Shown in pieces: positions 61,501-64,000 of a DNA stretch of 64,000 bases (the stretch's first letter is position 1; each line of letters begins with the position of its first letter). The DNA comes from an uncultured Clostridia bacterium. Its GTDB lineage: Bacteria > Bacillota > Clostridia > Christensenellales > UBA1242. Both the position numbers and the translations under genes were made by a program. Below the pieces are notes generated by a model that was given only the letters and a program-made list of their open reading frames with translations, did no database searches and was not told the DNA's origin. The DNA is taken from NCBI GenBank assembly GCA_944383355.1, contig CALWPF010000006.1, positions 429 to 64,428 of the forward strand, written 5' to 3'.

Positions 61501-64000
61501 AAAGTGACTGCTACAAGTACACAGGCGAATGTTGCTTATGTTGGTGGTGCTATAGGTAATCAATGTTGTTATTTGAGTGGTTCTGTAGTGCTGAGTACTG
61601 TTATGTTGAGTGCTAATATGGGTTATGAGACTGTTAATATGGGTGCAATATCCGGTACTAATGGTACTTATGGTAGGATAATATCCGTTTATTATGTTCC
61701 AGAATTGGTTGGAATTTATGATAATAATGGAATTATCATTAGTTTAGTAGACTTAGATGATTGGCAAAATACTATGACTGGACTATCTACTGAGATATGG
61801 ATGCAATCTATAGTTCCTGATGGGACAAATAGCAACTATACCTTTATGTATCCTAGTGAGGTGCGCAATAGTATTGATGCTAACGATGCTCGTATGTATA
61901 TACTGCATTTGAGTACAGATGATATGTCGATAATATGGGATAGTCAATTTGCTAATGCTGATTATGCTGATGCAACATTGATGTTAGATTTTGATACAGT
62001 AGATGTTAGTCAGTTTGATAACAATGTTGATTTAAATAATATCCGTAGATTGATAGGTAAGACTACAGGTACTAGTATCAATGTAAATCAAAATAATCAA
62101 GCTATCACAGTTAGCAATGCTAGCGGTAATTGTGCTGTGTTTGACTCAATTAGTCTAGGAGTATTGGTATCCAATATAAATATTAATGCACCTACGATTA
62201 ATATAGAATCTGCTAGAACAAACGCAAATATAGCAATATTTGTCGCAGAAAACCACGGTAGTTTATTTAACTGTAGTGCAGGACAAATACCTTTGGCTAG
62301 TAATAATGTACCTACACTTGCTGAGTTTGCAAATAATTTGACAGAATCAACTGGTTACAACTATGGTAATGCTAACATTAGATATACTGCGAATGTGCTG
62401 TATCCGACTAACTCTTATGTTACTGACGATCAGAGTACATTGGTTTACAAGGGCACAAACAGAGTAAATATCGCTGGATTGTGTGCTACTAACTATGGTA
62501 ATATTGCTGGTAGCTATACCTATGTAGATATAGTTGTAGGGAGTAATTCATCATCAAATGTTGGTGAGTTGGTAGCGGACTCAAGCAATAGTCTTATTAG
62601 CAACAGTTTTGCAATGGGTAGGATAACTTATGCTGGTCAAGCATCTGGAGATACTGTTGGAGGACTGGTAGGTAATGCTACCAATACTAGGATTAGTACT
62701 AGCATAGCAAATGTTAACATATACCTTAGTGCTAATACAGATAGTAGTAATATCTCAAACATAGGTCTAGGTATAGGTCGCATGAGTAATAGTGTAATGA
62801 GGGGAGTTATCGTAAATAGTGATATCTCTATGGCTCATGACTTGACAAAGTTTAATACTAATTATGACCTGGCACTTACTACATATTCCTCATTGGATAC
62901 CAATACAGGTAGGAATATGGGTATGAGTGCAACAAATACTAACACAAACAGTTTATTTAGTAATAGCGTGTCTGGATACAATTTTGATTTTATAAATATA
63001 TGGGCACAAGATTACACGACTAATTATGGTATACCTTATCTGCGTGGTATGAATATGACAGTGGGTAATACTGGTAATGGGCGTACTGCTAATCCTTTCC
63101 AGATTTTTGAGGGTATACAGTTTACACGGTTAGCTGAGACAGACGGTATTATAGCTGTATTGTCTAGAGATATAGTGTATATTGGTAAAGACTATACTAC
63201 TAGCTCGGATATTCGTAGTAGGCTAGATGGTAGAGGTCACTCTATATATGTGGTTCGCTATAATACCTTTACAGTCAAGGCTACACCAGATCCAGATGAT
63301 AATACTTATATTACATATATTGGATTATTCCATAATTTGACTAGCAGTGCAGAGGTTAGGAATGTAGCAATAGTTGGTGCATATCAGACCTATGATATGA
63401 GTGGCAATATTGTGTTTGGTGCTCTCGCTGGTACAAGTAGTGCTAGGTTAGCTAATGTAGCTGTAGCTGGTGTAGCGACTAGTGCTGGCTCTGGAGTGCA
63501 ATTTAGCAATGCATCAAGTGAGTCTAGTATGGGTGGTATTGTCGGTATCAATAATAATACCACAATATCTCAGAGTTGGGCTGATCTGGATATAATTGTG
63601 AACAATGGCTCTGTAGGAGGTCTCATAGGTACACAGAATAGTAGTAGAGATGGTGATATTAATTTATCAAAAGTATTTACGCTATCTACCTTGTCATCAA
63701 GTGGTCCTGTGGGAGCATTCATTGGTAATACCGTGAATAGTGCTGGTTCTGGCAGTATAAGAATCACTAACAGTTATTATCACGAGTTTGTGGCTAATCC
63801 TACCTCATTTACCACAACACAATTTGTTGGTGGAGGAAATATGTCGGCAACCTTGTCAAATACATATTTTGTGTATTCTAGCGGTTCGTTATTGAGAATA
63901 GCTCTAGTTATGGCTGATGGCTCTACCAATGATATGTTGGCAACTGATGCAAGAGCACAAAGTCAATTATTTGGTGAGGGCGTTAGCGACACTTGGGAAA
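49477..64000 (+). CDS. Giant surface lipoprotein (more than 4,841 aa, 3'-truncated by the window end) with Ig-like regions and reiterated GLUG-like beta-helix modules
   Basis: ATG at 49477 lies 7 nt after AGGAG. Every printed sequence line from 49501 onward starts on a codon boundary of this frame, and I met no TAA, TAG or TGA when translating through to base 64000. All other ORFs listed in this interval are short and out of frame or antisense. Confidence 0.9.
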   Translation, partial: MRKSWGIISLVFCACLLCFAGCGNIYANMKITTNCDDNLMEIVINTDDPESYSTSFEATLTGYSAGMNTGVDVIFSPTGVATYSVLSEADGVSRIQVTAIADNLSTAGATTTMTVVSRENSSIRSDPITLNVVLPVTGITASSATPSLMVGSSMTLQTDNLINFIPSATTQRDVSYQIAPGYELAGVSVDGNVITANDTASTGIVKIIATSSTIMPEMTQEQIDALTCEINLMVYNPITGDDISLVDVNGNDIDAFTMATASDEINSSTFRIEVDTGNLEYRVNASIQNARIAYAEPSDDDPSRYTLNAFEIGETNLDVSVILYDPETGRDYLNIHRYVFVEVIQIAYSVQFTTASITTPTDQSIEINVLEQSATTRGTEVHVNIEPEGAQNRQYSISVHEIDGETENLQSRLPSILVYHYVNGVRELVTLEEQAGDISEALLNNDTSFYVCFTGDGVKEYFTLAVSANSTDPNIPSVVNYVKCNIRAGVTSISAAVNGNNVEGAIYMGLLDGQNELPLTINYSTTGGVSVGTQIFNIVFDDDGDGEFDDNGLVTAERTSEFNIFTLRAQKEGTTTMRITSNENENGIYRDYLIHILVEPTELNFDVDTTVAISQGGKIASAEYNRIESDVEADDFGLRNMYLTLNTELALGLFATPANSTITDLVITSSDSHTVSVDGNKIRAVGVNITTPTYITATYTYWQYHEIYGWQMMDGVREFTVYVFVPIKNFTWAGSGEIDTNLFLYDSTALSYDRSSAGTATVTATVQSTGTNYATYQTIHWQNTDGTTFYDTDYLTITPRSDGRSFDVTARLKDGETSASTTFYLVLMEPGAVYTLSCTVHITKPQLVTSITSDTGTDGIYLEYGGLSQRDNASFAVETNPLNAYDSRVAYFIANAENVNGVIQKTGNWYSERATALGLNISLANNVVRALGSGYAIIRVVPYDNIHVNLDAFNPDELGEGNTYLDIIVTIANGDDNNPFQLYNADDLLALSRTANTISLSKTYVLMQTIDMTGRTWTPIGSGTADGFTGKFVSNGYFNNTDIMYSIIGLSLSASSNDDGYYSGLFAKLTGATVGGIQIRASQANFDMTGASSGVAGYFGLLAGEIVNSSVKDVSVSMQNNVSLLQVSAGTGNNTVYFGGLAGYITGGASDSLQDISVDLNVNVDSSDQSILYVGGLVGYLGQTLSTTKSSSVNLTLASNGTFNNANLTNSNIGGVAGYLASGNQLIGYYSSGTITTLALDNVGGLVGYNAGIINSSETSMRLYARNNVGGIVGYNIGNLVECVVESYDSETLPAENIYAVRGVSNVGGLIGFSAGGNVRYSYLLSYIRTTNRTMANPRLPTIVDQTGSFYGDIIGNSNVGGLIGYNRNTTVTNSFNKAQISIYSETGSGFGGGLFGYMEAIESFEVSNSFANSVILAGAYNESANKVGEIAGNVVANNTINMYNVYARVQIDRFDENFEYKYLLQQAYGNTSGSLSTNNVYYYGTTGTGAVDSLDKFHNDSSTGGALTNLPAGSISGGSYGDNVYWINIADTIGYNDDALILVNSDKNGMLYKQTIQEIQIDQIKTEDASAQDSVLPTYFSFSNGLVINLDNLWDSATQSYRSLAINDLLSLVVAPIIVNEDGVEDPSLWQLNVLSSDASIMTVYKPNRSLEGATLTFASTGVVVLTIQSMQDLNARASVEINVIAGLNSFDLQNNAGQSVANTIVNVKKTNSVNLTPVVGQSTNLINDVAVMYSIDKDFEQFFNLNGYAWSDAGAINLPVRNTTHSIRGVESTLEDTITVTATPYVTVIFGGLQTRLYLNGEGIGATGRVAKDLRQNFEVRVYNGLTAANLDTSSVELYSSDSYTLDLDFISDLPESVVCELVGDDYETMLANGYISTYKDSDNNRFQFYFEIPEDGGSISNIADSNRYLESDLVYNFTINLIDSEINETYRSYDVCVTFKPTPVSHITTRFYQNGESGIEADDVPNNEITPGRRAIMIVNVSDYFAYYDYIEVSSTRDPVTGDTVSLTQVVDTGRSDGNESRFQTIYGGSQQIDGKLMAMPVTQQTFDDQGNLVSSVYQDGIIYISAIIGSDVPEGTVFTLTLRAIKEGATSEPCTALVTLTSCFAPRVTLSAVNNNYDQILVAKGTVLELNMSGIVQNTEVNITADYYGTADDYGNINDEQTICRFIDNGQGYTNVFTYMTGERETVQTNVRFYVGMAAAPTRGVITLTVRLTTILEDNVRSESVFAEYRIYVVDYLVDNIYMEGIGDNNTFVINPTSYTIFRMAWDLREQDSDVFETYINTENNVQYTNNFSSCRQTIIAKADQDLLLLNSKGATGIGDSIWSVYTNGAYASIGAGYSGNGFTLEPQEIDGRTYFCAKGIRITTGISMRADLFTKYVWDSNNTVGCWQMSTNEQDARETLVMAERVYNFTMNVENSSTDDSPYSVATAQDLRDMQAGAAYMLTADIDLYNWAPLDTAIQSLDGNGYTITIHSFAVSAMSGSTTTNIGLFGTLPQGTVLKNLIIDASYLAFVDARNFATVNFGIIAGTNNGVVYNSDVIVTANEATWYAMNADAINTNLSFVPQFGRDVFNSWLGTNEGGMQTGKATTIVLTSSTVSNNSVTSYIGGLVGYNSTTGSVTNSRVGSLERVGYLNYNAQGVQVTGEQGSQGLNIMASGNVAGLAGYNAGVVSASYYANGYIVNSQNNAQNTRTAGLVAEQVSTGRINTSYVAGVKTAQTKDVLRFTDGGIMSYGTVGGLVHTNAGFVENCYTNIPLLSSNGIGGFVYQNSGEIYKSVSLSTIRENRRTSGNFVGIDANIDVQNTGTISQCYYLYQDNVIMNSDEPATALTAEEFTDVDGKYLQGFAFGIDTYGQDAVANVTWELTSYTDGNNSYVIPNLVEADNITTSYRGELAGASADAFTRPASCQLGSEVNPIIISSVADFNRIFNQNVGSGSNYDNKYYRIVSDIDFDGGSPAYSMRREFKGYIQGNGMRISGLNVVYQTSTGDMGNIGLFAMITGGVVANLELQLDNEISAGLTNRVGALAGTIGDDTVDSNGEYDLTVVENIRVSGMPNTTGAMVQGLNMVGGLAGFVCGRTIIQNIESTISVYATYQTPSNAKISYYEGQSSSGLVSEMSYAGGIIGVVSLIDGITDVNYDENPTIKGLTVSQGVDILAETSGGVIGSLSTGAITRSVFEVDAAYTPRIRASNFAGGLVGENRGTILESWVSQEMNAQIASDRSITSASNAQDYLGYTGLFQNDEEVIAIGGLVGLNRGGTIRNSYSREAVLSDNALIAGGLIGVAVPYFDSSSADYAYLTDLVIDREQIFDWQFNTQVTYNSDTEVVNAYNSYAGTIAQAYTTSPVFATTATGGAIGLLAGSFISSGADLSPDIMAINNYPETDRYSTTTNITDDSSYVGGLVGYINMNLQMAEGVSGVPTIAVFVSGASTEVIYSDASIYIANGIVDNDIGHIQQSYGGYSSLSQINTVLSLNYINVATDSSINCFDGLMQVGDVWAVDIERTNTIFPVLAYGEERTEIEISTADELFEALLGGASASYYKVVRDIVIDDVTWYRYVGTKGTLAGSTDTYINGQLYGAVPDGEDTRSATITLQISQTNGNLDRFNSLFGYTRNFTVMDMDFVFKFVDGNTYNNYTATDKANFALLVASGTNTTFRNISITSRDQDDNVAPLNITLNNVTNYGTFVAVGESCSFNKVTTNVALTVNNTTVSDEASIGGLFGSVANSVRVAGAVEVEVDFDTNSSAGVINVGAIGGYARDAFSVELISTGLDNGNIWGDIAVTAGNTAYVGGMIGKNGGNGYSKISAVVSNANIDVTLNSGVSEAYAGGLMGYMLDTNASDSANYGSISLSKNADSGVFYVGGISGRIENTGTLLTLVNLINGRLVSGMTNYGDITVDIGTGVVYAGGIFGQAKYIMNTTPSGTTRNVFTGLASMGDINVDSQGTVYAGGLFGYLAQAFGSTEVCNNTCLRVASSVSLSNIAVQNATTMYVGGLAGYNGMAIYSSLANAKVTATSTQANVAYVGGAIGNQCCYLSGSVVLSTVMLSANMGYETVNMGAISGTNGTYGRIISVYYVPELVGIYDNNGIIISLVDLDDWQNTMTGLSTEIWMQSIVPDGTNSNYTFMYPSEVRNSIDANDARMYILHLSTDDMSIIWDSQFANADYADATLMLDFDTVDVSQFDNNVDLNNIRRLIGKTTGTSINVNQNNQAITVSNASGNCAVFDSISLGVLVSNININAPTINIESARTNANIAIFVAENHGSLFNCSAGQIPLASNNVPTLAEFANNLTESTGYNYGNANIRYTANVLYPTNSYVTDDQSTLVYKGTNRVNIAGLCATNYGNIAGSYTYVDIVVGSNSSSNVGELVADSSNSLISNSFAMGRITYAGQASGDTVGGLVGNATNTRISTSIANVNIYLSANTDSSNISNIGLGIGRMSNSVMRGVIVNSDISMAHDLTKFNTNYDLALTTYSSLDTNTGRNMGMSATNTNTNSLFSNSVSGYNFDFINIWAQDYTTNYGIPYLRGMNMTVGNTGNGRTANPFQIFEGIQFTRLAETDGIIAVLSRDIVYIGKDYTTSSDIRSRLDGRGHSIYVVRYNTFTVKATPDPDDNTYITYIGLFHNLTSSAEVRNVAIVGAYQTYDMSGNIVFGALAGTSSARLANVAVAGVATSAGSGVQFSNASSESSMGGIVGINNNTTISQSWADLDIIVNNGSVGGLIGTQNSSRDGDINLSKVFTLSTLSSSGPVGAFIGNTVNSAGSGSIRITNSYYHEFVANPTSFTTTQFVGGGNMSATLSNTYFVYSSGSLLRIALVMADGSTNDMLATDARAQSQLFGEGVSDTWE
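49879..50112 (+). other. Big_2-like Ig domain within the giant protein
   Basis: PVTGITASSATPSLMVGSSMTLQTDNL..PSATTQRDVSYQIAP....VSVDGNVITANDTASTGIVKIIATS follows the bacterial Ig-like group 2 pattern. Confidence 0.6.

Noticed and set aside
49722-63767. About 25 short ORFs (60-159 aa), all but one on the minus strand, listed inside the giant gene, for example 55870..56349 and 60519..60983.
   Set aside because: They are antisense or out of frame relative to a continuous 14.5-kb coding frame, lack SD sequences, and have low-complexity, Cys/Ile/Thr-rich translations typical of shadow ORFs.
49477-64000. The absence of any long ORF in the track over 14.5 kb suggested stop-codon reassignment, a pseudogene field or non-coding DNA.
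   Set aside because: Manual translation in the frame of ATG 49477 shows no TAA, TAG or TGA at all up to the window end. Genes elsewhere in the window end with all three standard stops, for example TAA at 2609, TAG at 4677 and TGA at 484. The ORF is missing only because it lacks a stop inside the window.
1-64000. CRISPR arrays, tRNA or rRNA genes, IS elements, prophage or defence islands.
   Set aside because: I recognised no spacer-repeat periodicity, no tRNA-like T-arm consensus (GGTTCGAATCC-type), no rRNA-like sequence, and no transposase, integrase or recombinase ORF. This rests on visual inspection only, so small RNAs could have been missed.

Overview
This is a 64-kb chromosomal window, low in GC by eye and read with the standard bacterial code, from what looks like an endospore-forming Bacillota (Clostridia-like) organism. 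The organism call rests on yqfC/yqfD, spoVT, a SpoVB-type flippase, and DUF421 and DUF4363 genes. About 50 protein genes can be supported. I recognised no rRNA, tRNA, CRISPR array, transposase or integrase. All calls come from reading the sequence and recalling family motifs; no database search was possible. Contents in order:
- 1-2.9 kb: a tandem array of membrane-anchored surface-protein paralogs.
- 3-13 kb: a PflX-like radical SAM gene, a MarR regulator with a heterodimeric ABC exporter, a long U32 protein and a Zn/Cd-type P-type ATPase.
- 13-20 kb: orphan genes and valS.
- 20.2-28.9 kb: a conserved housekeeping block, yqfC-yqfD-ybeY-cdd(-like)-era-yqzL-recO-dnaG-sigA-trmK.
- 29-45 kb: a TPR protein, a YkvI-like membrane protein, a split and order-swapped GlmU-like pair, an EncFtn-like ferritin, two DegV genes, uppP, glyQS, a LysM protein, and a SpoVB-like flippase followed by DUF421, DUF4363 and spoVT genes.
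- 45.3-46.1 kb: a 760-bp repeat-bearing non-coding gap.
- 46-49 kb: bPH-domain genes and an aconitase-X pair.
- 49477 to the window end: one uninterrupted ORF of more than 4,841 codons. The supplied ORF track does not list it, most likely because it has no stop codon inside the window. It encodes a giant lipoprotein built from reiterated Gly-rich (GLUG-like) beta-helix modules.
Other observations worth a second look:
- An exact inversion of a terminator-hairpin loop between two gene duplicates.
- A cytidine-deaminase homolog that lacks all zinc ligands and the catalytic Glu.
- An 11-mer (GTGCATAGTAT) present four times on one strand.
- Two real small genes below the track's size cut-off.
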